DNA of 64,000 bases from Amoebidium appalachense (taxonomy: Eukaryota; Protista; Ichthyosporea). Where the stretch lies: positions 5,898,330-5,962,329 of the forward strand of contig CAVNZM010000008.1 of NCBI GenBank assembly GCA_963693365.1. The letters run 5' to 3'. Position 1 is the stretch's first letter. Each line of letters opens with the position of its first letter. The notes beneath the pieces were generated by a model. That model saw nothing but the letters and a program-made list of their open reading frames with translations. It was not told the origin of the DNA and did no database searches. Below, piece after piece: positions 31,251-43,813 of this stretch. The position numbers and the translations under genes are program-made.

Positions 31251-33285
31251 TTCGGACACTTTTGTCCTAATTAACCTATTTTTAGACGATCGCGCTATTT
31301 CTAGCGCATTTGCATAGTAACCAGGCCTCAAAAAGGTGAAAAACGTGAAATTCACGTCATTTCGACATAGTAACATATATAACATGTACGCCATCTCTTG
31401 GGCGCATTTGGTCATCGAAGTTGGCGACCTTCTAAGAAAACACGTGGTTTTTTCGCTAAATTTTAATTTAAACTAAAATAACTTTCGTTGTGTGTTTCTG
31501 GAGCGGCTAAGACCACTATATGCTGCTAGCTAGAGATATAGGCTAACGCATGCAAAAAACCCGACCACCTAATCTTAATTCTGAGGCAACCTACCTAAGG
31601 TCCAACTTAGGGCACTTTTATCGAGAAAACCTTAGCCACACTGTCCCTGTTACCACCCGTTCTACTTCTAAGACAATGTTTACGACTTTTCTTCAATTTT
31701 CTGGCTAGCTAATGAGGAAAGTAAGTACAAAAGGTTTTAAACGTGGTTCTTCTTTACACTTGTTGCTACTAGTTCCAGTCCCTTCTATTATAGAAAGACA
31801 AAATAAGGGAAGCTTATACCCCACGAAAGGTATGCTCGAGATCACAAACCCAAAGCAGTCTGCAAAGTCTGCAATTCCACGTCCCCCCCCCCCCCCCCTC
31901 CCCCCCCCCCCCCCTCCCCCCACCTCCTCTCTCTCTCTCACACCTACTGCTCCTGCTCTTTGGTTCTGCGGTGACGTACAGGCACCCCCTTTTCCAGGTG
32001 CTGCTCGTAGCAGTTGCGATCTGAATTTTTGTAGCACAATGCCACACCGCACCTGCTGCACATGCAGCTCACCCTGCTGCGCTTGTATCCCTTTTGATCC
32101 GTGCGCGCGCACATAACACAGTCGAGCGCTTGCCGGAACCGATAAGCACCGGGTGACAGAGGTTGCTTCGTTTGGCGGTTGTGGTGTTTGTTGACAGCGA
32201 TTTTAGTATGCGCGCGCTTTTGTTTGCCGGCTGGCAGAAGTGGGTTGTTGAGAAGTTCACCCGCAAGTTTTTCGCACCACTGCTCGTTTGAAAGTGCATT
32301 CTTGTCCCCGTCTGCAATGAGATGCTTGTAGGCCAGGTAGGTGTTTATAAACACCATATCAACTAACCCAGCAAAGGTGCGGTGCCAGGGTGTGTGGGGG
32401 ACCCATGCCTGCTCGAGTGAACTGCTCCCTTGCCGGAGTTTGTTGTGTACGTCTGCACTGTTGAAATATGTGAAGAATTCGCGCACTGCTTTTGGCATGG
32501 GCACTTGTGTTCCGTTTTTTGTGATACGGGGAGCTCCTGCTTCCGTACTTCCTGCCGTCGTTACTACACGCATGCTGAAATCCTTATCCTGCCAACGTAT
32601 GGGGGGGATGGGAGAGGGAGAGGGCGAGCCCCCGCCCCCCCCCCCCCCTCCCCCCTCCCCTCAATAAAAAGGATATACACCTTCGCACATCCCACAACTA
32701 GCTGAATCTCGCTCCGTGGTACTTCTTCTACTTTCCCGTCGTAGTCTATGTGTACAACCATTTATTGTTCTTTAATACTTGCACAGTTGTGCCTGTGAAC
32801 TGTTTCGTTTCCCATTCTTCACCAATCTGCTCTTTACTCCAACGTTCATCGTCGTTCCTGACTTTACCATCAAAGATGCGTGGAAAAACCCAAACTCTCT
32901 GGTCTTTCCTAAACGCCTAACCATTTTCTTTTCTTTTCACCTATTTCTACTCTAATTCTACCTTGTTCTTTTTGTTTTCTAGCGCGCAAACTATCATGCA
33001 GTGTCTTTTAGTCCGGAAACCAAACGGTGTCCGTGATCCGACAGTCGGACACCCCAAAACTGGGGGAAAACGGTTGCACCCATGATCTTTTGCGCGCCAA
33101 AAGCTACTCACCCTGCAGTCCTATTGGTTTCCTATAAAGACAAAAAAGGCAGGAAAATACTAGACCTCATTGGCCATACCCAGCTTGTGGGGTGTTTCCT
33201 AGCGAAAACAACGCTAGCGACGCCGCCGAAAAAGATAGGACACTTTTGTCCTTTTTAGCCATTAATTAGGACAGATTTGTCCGGT
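31251..33285 (-). mobile_element. Internally deleted piggyBac-like DNA transposon nested in the retroelement integrase gene
   Basis: Imperfect ~22-bp inverted ends (cggacacttttgtcctaattaa / ttaattaggacagatttgtccg). TA lies at 31249-50 and 33286-87. Removing the element and one TA rejoins integrase to chromodomain in frame (TCT ATG CGG). Confidence 0.75.
31944..32573 (-). pseudogene. C-terminal part of a piggyBac-like transposase with Cys-rich domain
   Basis: YFNSADVHNKLRQ...WHRTFAGLVDMVFINTYLAYK resembles the piggyBac YN..M.GVD..D...W...F......NA...Y region. CVMC...CSRCGVALC...CYEQH fits the C-terminal zinc domain. Confidence 0.75.
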
Positions 33286-33286
33286 T

Positions 33287-33580
33287 ATGCGGATTATCAC
33301 TCACCTCCCGGACACGGGCGATAGTCACAACTTCAACAAGGTTCTGCCGGACGAGTGGGTGGTGGAAAAGGTGCTTGACGTAAGAATTCAGAAACGGCGC
33401 AAGCAATCCACCCCTTACAAGTGGTACCAGATCAAGTGGGCAGGCAAAGATGATTCATTCACCTCCTGGGAGTGTGAGAAAGACTTAGCCTGCCCGGACA
33501 AGATCCGAGAGTTCCACCAACGCAGAGGTGACCTTGCATCGTTCCACGGATACATTGACTCATTGTGTGGAGCATGGTGA
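33287..33580 (+). pseudogene. Chromodomain at the C-terminus of the retroelement integrase
   Basis: EWVVEKVLDVR...WYQIKWAGKDDSFTSWECEKDLACPDKIREF is a canonical chromodomain pattern with aromatic cage residues. Confidence 0.9.
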
Positions 33581-33620
33581 CGTATGTCGAGGACGACATA
33601 CTTCTTTTTACGGTGGGGCG

Positions 33621-34230
33621 TGTGGTATATTATACCGGATATCTAGTATGGATGTACACAGGTTGAGATATACGCGCACGTGTACATGTATATATACCAC
33701 TGTGTTTGATCTTAGGCAGGCCAGTATGCATGTCCCCCCCAGTCTTTTGCGCATGAGCATGGAGTTAAACATATGTGCACGTGCAACTTGCAGGATTATT
33801 CATGGGAAAACAGATATAATAGTCACATGGGACCGACACGTAGTAAGAGGAACCATGAGGGTTAAGTTATAGTTTTATCATGGGAAAATATGCAAGTAGC
33901 CGTGAGGTATGACTGTGGAATGCATCGATAGCCAAGTACTGTCACCCGATTGGCTCACTAAGTTTATTGGAACCGTGATAGCCATGGGACAGAACCGTGA
34001 ACCGTATGTGATTGGCTCATAGCCAAAAAAGCACATACCGATGCGCATGTCTGAGCCGCTGTGCGAGCTCCGATATAAGGGCATGTCGGGGGCTTCAGAG
34101 CTCACTCAGTGTGCTCGGCTTACTAGGTGTAAGTAGGACTAGCACGTAACTAAGCAAAGCGTGGTCTAGTCAACCCCGTTCATTTATAAACATATTGTTT
34201 GTCACAGACACACGATCATATTATACAACA
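33621..34230 (+). repeat. Probable single 3' LTR-like segment (~610 bp) after a PPT-like tract
   Basis: gtcgaggacgac...tttacggtggggcg|tgtggtatattat resembles a Gypsy PPT/U3 junction. Its start resembles the inverted far end (tgttgtataatat). No direct copy is seen at the 5' side. Confidence 0.5.
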
Positions 34231-34242
34231 CTCCCCCCCCCC

Positions 34243-34273
<31 letters not shown>

Positions 34274-34298
34274 ACTGTGACACACACGTGCGCGCACG

Positions 34299-34365
<67 letters not shown>

Positions 34366-35339
34366 ACACACACAGCGCGCGCGCGCGCGCGCGCGCGCGC
34401 ACACGCACGCACATTTAGGTGTTCATGAAGCGCTGGGCGATGAACATAGCTTTTTGCTCATGGCCTTCTCACCGACCAACATTGGCTGATAGAACTTGTG
34501 ACATCCGTTGCTTTCATTTCATGTTCGTCTGCACATGGCTCTTGCCTCATTCATAGGCTCCTACTCCCATGTGGTCCTTTGGCTATGTATCACTATTTAG
34601 TCTCGAGGCTCTCACTCTAAGACTTTAAAAATTAAATTAGTTAATAATTAAATCCGAGGTTAAAGAACAATAGTTATAGGGGTGGTTACTTTGGCTTGTT
34701 GCTCCTGTTGCCACGTCCCCTTCTTCGGTGTGCGAGCACAAAGGGGGCTGGGCATGTACACGTGGAGGCCTTGCTGTCATTTGCATCATTCTTGACACCG
34801 AGGCTCTCTGACAGTGTCTTAAGAAATGATTGTGTGGAAATAGCTTTAAAAATTGCTTGCTTGGAGATTATCTGAACACGTGGACAGCCAGGCACACCGC
34901 CTAACATCATTTTCACTCATGCAGGTGGAAGCAGGAAAAACTGAGCTGATGCTCATGGCTCGTGAGCTGCTACAAGTAACTTGTGAGATGACCCAAGAGA
35001 TGGTCGAGATACGCAGGTTGCGCTTGGAGGTGGAGAAGGCCAATCTAGATCTCCAGAGGGACTCGGCGAGTCCAAGGCCAGAGTCGAGTCTCAGATGATG
35101 TATGCCGAGGGCGAGAAGAACGATGGCTCCAGTGGCTTTGGTTGACATGATGGGTGGTAGTGAGCCGAATATTTCCAAGAGTTAAGCAGGCAGCAAAGTA
35201 TGAGTGAACAAGGCCCCGTATAGGTTCCTCTAGGCTACTAACCGTAGGATCCCAAATCGTTAGGTGTGTGTCTGGTCATGAAATGTGTACTATATGTGAA
35301 ACGAATTGTTATATTAGTGTTCGAACTCCGATATGATAC

Positions 35340-35570
35340 CCGATGTACTGATAAGACTCAACAGGTAAATCGTCTCAGAATATAATACACTGAATTGGGC
35401 CGTATATGCCCATATATAGAGACCTGTGGCAAAGAAGCCACTTACCACTTTATATACTTTATACAGTAATATGGGCAAAACTACGGTATCGATGGCTGCG
35501 TTAAATGCCGTAAATGAGAGAGAAGCAGTTTTCTCTTGCTCTCTCTAGGTTTGATGATGCCCAAGCCTTG
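35340..35570. repeat. Diverged duplicated non-coding segment, copy 1
   Basis: Shares the blocks agactcaa, tcgtctcagaa, atgcccatatataga, gcaaagaagccac and gagaagcagtttt.ycttgctctct...tgatgatgc with 37955-38255. Confidence 0.75.
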
Positions 35571-35640
35571 TTTTGTCCCCTCTCCCTCCCCCCCCCCCCC
35601 CCCCCCCTCCCCCCCCACAAAAAAAAAAAGAAAAGAAGAA

Positions 35641-35688
<48 letters not shown>

Positions 35689-35775
35689 AAAAGAAAAAGA
35701 AAACAAAAAAAAAAAAAAGAAGAAAAAGAAAAGAAAAGGCTCATGAACTCAAAGCACGCCCGCTTTTTTTTTTTT

Positions 35776-35806
<31 letters not shown>

Positions 35807-36342
35807 GGGGGGCTGACTCCCGGGCTGCAGACTAGTGCTTCTCAACGTCTCTCAGTTTTAGTATTATTACCACCTTTATTACCCTGCGTACGGTGTGTGC
35901 GCGCACGCGCACCTGTGTGCAGTGCGCTGCTCGCATGTGTGTAAAGGGGAAGGGGAGAGGGGGGGAGGGTTAGTATTCAGCTCAGGCCCCATGATGCTCT
36001 GTGTGTGTGTTCACGTGTGTGTGTGGCCCAGCAGAGAGGGGGGCCGGGGAGGGGGGGGGGAGGGGGGGGGAGGGGGAAGGGGAGGGGGGAGGGGAAGGGG
36101 AGGGGGGGGGGGGGGGGTCAGAGTAAAGGATGAGTTTTACAGTACCAGACATCAATCATTATGAACACAACAAAATGCTTGATGACATGTCTACGGACGT
36201 GCAGGGAGACGAGTGTAATACTATGAGATTCAAGGGCTGTGTTGCTCTGTTTTAGTTTGTGTGTCTGGTGGTGGTGCCGGTTGTGGTTGGGGACCGGGGG
36301 GAATTCATGGGTGGGGATCGACTGAGGGGAGGCCGAGGAGGG

Positions 36343-36376
<34 letters not shown>

Positions 36377-36800
36377 TACTATGCCTCGAAGGCAAAAGCA
36401 ACTCAAAAGCTTGAAATAAATGAAAGACGACAAAAACAAACACACAGAAAAACACACACATAAATACAGAAACAAAAACACATCTGAAAGAGTACACTGG
36501 GGGCAAGATACAAAAACAGAAAAACAAATAAAAAAAACCGAAAAACAATTTGAACATAACAAAAACGCAGAAAAGGAACATTGGCACTTCGAAAACAACT
36601 GATAAACAAAGGTTCGCACAACCACCTCGGAACCATGACACACAAAACCAACTCACAAAAGGAATTGAAAAAAGTATATTGCGTGTGTTTGTGCGATTGT
36701 GCCACGGGAGGTTTGAATGCGGTGCATGTCAGTCCTTGTGCATGTTGAGTGCTGCGGGGCGCGCGGACGTGCGTATCCCTTGGTGCATGTGTGTGCATGA

Positions 36801-36845
<45 letters not shown>

Positions 36846-37202
36846 GTTTTGTATGGGTCTAAGGGAGCAGAGTGCACAGTGGTGTCATGTAAAACACGAC
36901 CAACACTATAAAGAGAGAGCAATCGGAGTTCACGACACTTGAAAGACTTCAACAACAACTAACCTTTTATTGTGCTCTCGGGTCTTTTTGTACTTGCAAC
37001 TTATCATCTTATCTCAACTAAAAGGAGAGAACCAACCGGTTCTATCAGATGATAGAAAGATACATTCCAACAGAGCATACGCATTCCAACTTCCGACATA
37101 ACTGAAGCTTAGAAACTCTTACTTTAATAACTTAAGTGATTATACATCTTGTCGCTATTAATACACATATATATTTATACTCGGAGGCTCTAAAAAGAAA
37201 CG

Positions 37203-37790
37203 GCGTGTGTTTAGTATAAAATCAAGGATGTTGTAATTTTCAGGTAGGCTATCTTTCTGGGTGTCTGTTGTGAATGTGTCTCGTGTGTGTTGCGGTATTA
37301 TGTGGTCTATCAAACTACATTTGGCAATACATGACTGTTTAAACTGGTGTGTGTGTGTGTTGTTTGGGCATGCAAACGATGCCACCTCAGTATACTTATT
37401 AGATCTCCACTGTATAGCACGTGTACTTAGTAGAAGCGTGGTAAGTGATCAATAATACCATCATCTGATCTAGAGAAAGACCAATTCTACAGGAAGGTAA
37501 TATGTATTTAGGTGTTACACATTTGCGAGTGCCATATTTGGCAATATGGTTGAGGCGGTCATTATATATAAAACGAGACATACGGCTTAGTTTTTCAAGG
37601 GGTATGCTTTCATCGGATCTAGTGTCGTGTGGTATCTTTTTCCATTTGTTATGTTGTGTAATTATTTTGTGATTATGTACATGTCTAATAAGTAAATGGC
37701 AGTCCAAAGTCACACGCACACTTTTGCGAGGTTTATTTGTATTTGTGCCCGGGGAAGAAGGAGAGGGAGAGGGAAGAAAGGAGGGGAGAG
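37203..37790 (-). mobile_element. Truncated non-LTR retrotransposon fragment (ORF2 C-terminus), copy 1
   Basis: Close inverted copy of ~49270-49840 (ORFs 37399..37719 and 37158..37385); lacks the 3' end. Confidence 0.65.
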
Positions 37791-37954
37791 GTGGGGAGCG
37801 GACAGGTCGGATAGAGAAGAGATCGGTGCGAAGGGTCGAAAATTACGAAAAACAAAGTGTGTCTTCTCGCCGTAGAAGGTACATATTAGTTGAACGCGTA
37901 TAAACACTTGTCACGAATTGTAATCTTAATGCTAATCGATAATCGATATGTGTT

Positions 37955-38255
37955 GTGTAGACTCAAAAAGGTGCTCGTCTCAGAAGCACGGGCTTATATC
38001 ACTCTAAATACATGACATTGTAAGTAGTTCTTGAAAGATATTTTTCCTCAAGTTTCAACATACTGAGAATATATTCTCCGTCTAGACCAAAAAGTAATGG
38101 CAATGCCCATATATAGACCCGCAGCAAAGAAGCCACATACCACTTCATATAGTAATATATGGGCAATGCATATGCAATGTCTAGATCTTCGAATGCAGTA
38201 CTAAGGCGAGAAGCAGTTTTCCCTTGCTCTCTCAAGGTCTGATGATGCACAAACC
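37955..38255. repeat. Diverged duplicated non-coding segment, copy 2
   Basis: Same blocks, order and orientation as 35340-35570. Confidence 0.75.
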
Positions 38256-39012
38256 GTGCACGTGGAAAATCATCTCCCCCCCCCCCCCCCCTCTCCTCCT
38301 CCTCCAGATGCGCGTGTCCACTTGTACCACTAGCATGCTTGATGTGGCGCCAACACATTTGTATTTTTGCATGCATAAATATTGCATACATATCGAACAC
38401 ACACACGCATGCATATGAGCATACACACTTTCGAACCGTGACACAGGTTTACATGTTCCACGCCCTGCAACCACGTGCACCATGTGCATCACTACAATTG
38501 TCGTTGAAGGGCACGCAAATGGAGCATGTAGACCTGTGCGTGCATATCTATGCAGACCCCCCCCCCACTCCCCCCCCCCCTCCTCCTTCCCCCCCCCCGG
38601 CTCCCCAAGCACACACACACCCCATCCCAAAAAACGCACACACATGTGCACGCACGCACGCGCACCCATGCACGCACGCACGCACGCGCACCCACACACA
38701 ATCATCATTGAGATCATACACAAAATTGGCCATGGTTCCATTCCGGAAATACGGCAACTTGGGCAATGATTGGAAGCCATCGAGCTTTTTCGGTTTATTT
38801 GCAGATTTGGTACGAACTAACATTAGAACATGCCCATAATTATACAAAGTATATGGAAACATCAAACTGATCGTAAGGTTTACTTCTTACATGCCAGGAA
38901 GATCGGCACACATGTGGTGTGTGTGTGTGCTTCTGTGTGTTTATGATTGAACGCGTGTGGATCGCGGGGGGGGGGGGGGGGTACACACACACGCATGCAT
39001 ATGGGGGGGGGG

Positions 39013-39086
<74 letters not shown>

Positions 39087-39507
39087 TGTGTGTCTTTGTG
39101 TATGTGTGATTGTGTTTGTATGTGTGCGCGCACGGGTGTGTGTGTGTGTGTGTGTGTGCGTGTGTGTGTGTGTGTGTGCGTGTGTGTGTGTACGTGTTTG
39201 TTAGCGCACGAGTCTGTGTGTGTGTGCATGTATGTGCGTGCGTGCGTGCGTGTGTGTGTGTGTGGGGGGGGGGGGGGGAGGGGGGAAGGGGGGGGGGGGG
39301 GGGGAGGGGGGGGGGGGGGGGGAGGGAAAGAAACATACCACAAAAAAAAGAGGTAAAGATTAATAGGCAATATGTCAGCCTAAAAAAAATAAGAGCTTTA
39401 ATAAATCCACAAAAAAGGAGGGGGGGAAAAAAAAAAACAAAAAAAAAAACCGTTTGCATTACTCGTCATGTGGCATTTACACAACACAATATCCACAATA
39501 TCTCCAC

Positions 39508-41896
39508 TCACATCAAGGGCACTAGCAACTTGTCCGCAACTATCCCAGTGAATATCAAACCCCCGAAAGTTCGTGCCGCAATAAATTTCTTCATGCAATC
39601 GCTCGGATCGTCCAGATTCACCGCCGCAATCTGCCAGACAAGGTGGGCACTGGCCGCCGTCAGTGCGCCATAGAACGGCATACCAAGGCCCTGATTGGTG
39701 GAGACGAAAGTTAAAATTTAGTTAGTGTCGTACATGGGCTTCATCCTACTCTTACTCTTCTAGTTTTTCTATACTGTTGGTTACATAAAATCGGCTCAAA
39801 CCCCTTCACAGGTCACAAGTGTGAGTCCTTTCTGCATGCACCCCTCCATACGCACACAGGCGCACATGCACACACACGCAAATACACCCGCCACTACTGC
39901 ACACATACACCCCCACCCAGCCAACGTCTACCCAAAGACATACCCATCCCTGCCCCCATTATCTCCCTCTCAACCGTGACCAGGCAGAATCTCGGCACCA
40001 CAAACCATGTCAATTATGCTCCCCTCCCCCCCCCCCTCCCCCTCCCCCCCATCTCATTACCACCCCCCCCCCCCCCCCCCTCCCCTCCCCCTTCCCCCTT
40101 AACCACCTCCTTCCCCTCCGGTGTGCCCTTAACCTCAACCAACCCTTTACTAATTCACCTACACATGGGGTGCACACAGACACAGACGCGATACAACACC
40201 ACACACTAGTATGCACACCGGAACATACGCGCATAGACATGCATGTGTGCACCAGAACATGTACAAACATGCCCGTGCCTGTGAATCACAGAAGCTCATC
40301 ATAGCATCCCCACACTTTCTTAATCGAAAAACCTCTGAATTTAAATGTAAATCGAAAAACCTCTGAATTTAAATGTAGCTGCTCAATTGTTGGTTTTTCG
40401 GCACCTGAAGGGAGGGCTTGAGAAGGAGGTGACACAGAAGCCTTTATGAATTAATAAGTTTTGGGTTTTCCCAGATTGGACCGGGGGGGGGGGGGGGGGG
40501 GGGTTTGAATGCGTCAAAAAGTACGAAGTACACAAGAACAAACGGATAACACGATGCAGAATGCTAGCCATACATAAAGAGTATGCATAATAAGCAGAGC
40601 CCATCCTCAGGGGGGGCCCACGTCATCCACGGTACCCGAGTTTCGACCTATTACCCTCGTTAACGAAACCCAACTCAGATACTGTTTCACTTGAACATGG
40701 GTAGGTCACCCGTCTTGATCAGAGACGAGCAGGGTTGCTTATGCAGGCAAGGGCAGTGGGAAAGGCCGGGGGTTAAAGTTGCAGCAGTAAGCAGAAGCAA
40801 GAAAAATATAGGTAGGAACTCAGGAGACGGGGATTCTAGGAAGCTCCCCCGTCGATACCTAAGTCGATACTTCCCTGGCTAACATACTACACCAGCTGAA
40901 AGAATTAGGTCCCGAAGGCCGCAAAATTCGCAATCAGAGGGGAAAATATGAGAGAGAAGGGTGTGTGTGTTCGTGGTGTGTGAGTTTGTTTTTAAAATGG
41001 GTTGTGTGTATGTGTGTGGGGCCGGGGGCGGGGGGGGGGGGGGGGGGGGGGGGGGATTCTTACAGCGTTGTATCCAGTTAGAGCCAAAAACCCAACCGTG
41101 GCAGCACCAAAGCCGCTCAGCCATTCTTTAGTCTTGTCCCCAAACCTAACCACCCAATGGAAAACCTGCGTTAGTATTCATATAAAACACTACAGCATGT
41201 GTTAAACGTAAATGGCAATTGTTATAGATTGCCCATACATCCATACCAACACAGCACATCATATCGGGCTGACCATAAGCCACTAGCTGCAAAAAGGCGT
41301 ATCAAACCTCCCCCCCCCCCCCCCCCCCCCCCCCCTTTCTACAATCTAAAATTCATTCCAGCAGTTGAGCTTGCTGGTTGCCGTACTAATTGTTGCTTGT
41401 GTGGGTGGGTGAGTGGGTGTGTGTGTGGATGTGTGTGTGTACGCGTGTGTGCATTGGGGTGGGGTGGGGTGGGGGGATTGGGGGAGGTTGGGTGGGGAGG
41501 AGGGGGGGGGGGGGGGGGGGGGAGAAGAGAGGGGGGGGGGGGGGGGGGGGGAGAAGAGAGGGGGGTGGGGGGGAGGGGGGGAAGGGGGGAGTCTGACCTT
41601 AGGGCTGTAGACTTAATTCCAACCTTTACGTCATCTTTCTTATCCTGCACGTGTATGTGGATGGGTAGGTAGAGTGGGGTGGAGGTGTGTGTGTGTGTAA
41701 GTGTGTGCAGGGGTAGGGGGAGAGAGGGGGGGGGGGGGGGGGGGGATAAAGAGCGTACGGGGGGAGGGGGGGGGGGGGATGAGAAAGAGGGTCGCAGCAC
41801 ACAACAGAGGTGCAAAAACAACATTGTCGATGAGGTGCCATGAGGGGAACGCTTGTTCTGTTAAAAAGGGACTTGTCGCACGTGTGTGTACGTATG

Positions 41897-41933
<37 letters not shown>

Positions 41934-42093
41934 GGGGGGGGGGGGGGGGGGGATTGGGTGCGCAGTGAGTAATGTGTGCATGGATGAGTCTGTGTGTTGG
42001 AGCATGTGCGATTGTGTGTGTGCACATACGTGTAATGGTGTGTGCGTGTGTGTGTGGTGTGGTGGGGAGGGGAGAGGGGACGCGCGCGGGGGT

Positions 42094-42129
<36 letters not shown>

Positions 42130-43764
42130 ATGCATGAATAAGGGAGCGCGAACAACCACACACACCGTGAACTTTATGAAAAGACGGCAAAAACAAAATG
42201 CACGACATGGTGATATGAACAAGAAGTGCAACTGTGCCCCCGTGTATATATGCCAGTCTTTGTTCGTGTGGGTCAGGTGGATGTGTGTGTTTTCTTGGTG
42301 TGCGTGTGTGTCACAGTGTGTGCGTGGTGATGTGTGTTTGTGTGCAAGTGTGTGTGCGTGTGTTCGCGCGTGCATGTGTGTGCAAGTGATTGTGTGTGTG
42401 GGGTGGGGACGGGGGGGCATGTGTGTGCGTGCGCACACGCAATACAGGTACGTGCGAGTACGTCTGTGTATGAGTGCGTGAATGTGTGTGTGTAATGTGT
42501 GAGTCTGATATCATTTTAATGTGGATGTATGTGCATGTTTTATTTTTATCATTTGTTATTTATATTCATTTTTATTTTTATTTTTGTTTTTATTTTTTTT
42601 TTTTTTTTTGGGGGGGGGGATACCCACCTGATGTGCATAAATGGTATCATAAACAAGGGTCCAGTTGATACCAGCAGCATAAAGTGGCAGGCAGATGCTC
42701 CAATCACATGCGCCCATTACAGCAGCATATCCCAATAGGGTGCCCCAGTTAAAAGCAAGGCCCAGGATGGACTGGGGCCACCAGGTGACTCTTTTGGCCA
42801 GCGGGTAGGTGACAACTAGTGCCATGGAGGAGGCTCCAAGTAAAATGCTGCACCAATCAGATTAAAGAGTTAATATTTAATAAATATGCTATAACGACAA
42901 GACATCCCCAACCGAAGTAAATTGTGCCTACATATGCACACTCAAATGCTCATCATCAGATTCATATGTTTTTGTAATCAAATCAAACGTTGACATTGAC
43001 TTGTACCATTATATATTGCTTGGGGGAAGGTTACCGTTGTGTAACGTTACCATGAGATCGACAAACAGCCGGAACCCCACATCAATTCCAACGAATGCCA
43101 TGCAAGCGCTTGTTTTGGATAGTATGCGAATAAATCAATATAAGGAGGGCAGTGACTGATTATTCGCAATATACGCCGCACTTCGAGTATATCTCATCGA
43201 ATCCAATCGATATCCACTCACAATCTAGTATACCCCGATTGAAATTTCGCCGCTCACCTGTAGGGATTTAGGCTGACCAGCACACCCAGGCCTGCCGTCA
43301 GCTGTGCAGCCAAGAAAAACCAAGCTTCCTTCATGCCCACAGTGCCGCTAGCCAGTGGCCGCACACGTGTACGGTCAACCTGTGGATTTTTAATGATTAC
43401 TGGTAAATTGTTAAAAAAAATTGAAGAGATCATAATGCTGGTGGGATTTGGCTTTTGTAGTCATATGATGGTAAACTTTAGGGGAATTGAATGGCTGAAT
43501 GACTTCTTATGGCGGTGGATCACATCGATTCGCTCGATGACTTGAAGAGAATGATTGGAGAAACGCTAGATTGAGTGCAGGGGTTGAAAAGCAAAACGGG
43601 ACCAAAAAAAAAAAAAAAAAAAAAAGGAATAAAGAACTGACCAGACCACAAACATGTCCCATCGACAACTTAAGAAGTGTGAAAAAAAAAAACAAAAAAA
43701 AAAAAACAAAAAAAACTGGCATTTACGAGCCCTTATCACTTTCCACATCAGCAAAGGTGCGAGG

Positions 43765-43813
<49 letters not shown>

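Larger units (their letters stand above)
24973..34230 (+). mobile_element. Ty3/Gypsy chromovirus-type retroelement bounded by terminal inverted repeats, 5-bp TSD CTCCC
   Basis: 24973-25055 is the reverse complement of 34142-34230 apart from a 6-bp insertion on the right. Ends are TGTTG/CAACA. CTCCC lies at 24968-24972 and 34231-34235. Internal order is gag-PR-RT-RH-IN-chromodomain. Confidence 0.9.

Noticed and set aside
34686-35178. Short overlapping ORFs right of the retroelement
   Set aside because: Only weak coiled-coil character, with no clear start or family; possibly decayed repeat.
40600-40700. Hammerhead ribozyme in the 450-bp repeat (CTGAGGA and CGAAAC on the minus strand)
   Set aside because: The core motifs are in the wrong order and spacing, and I could not build the three stems by eye.
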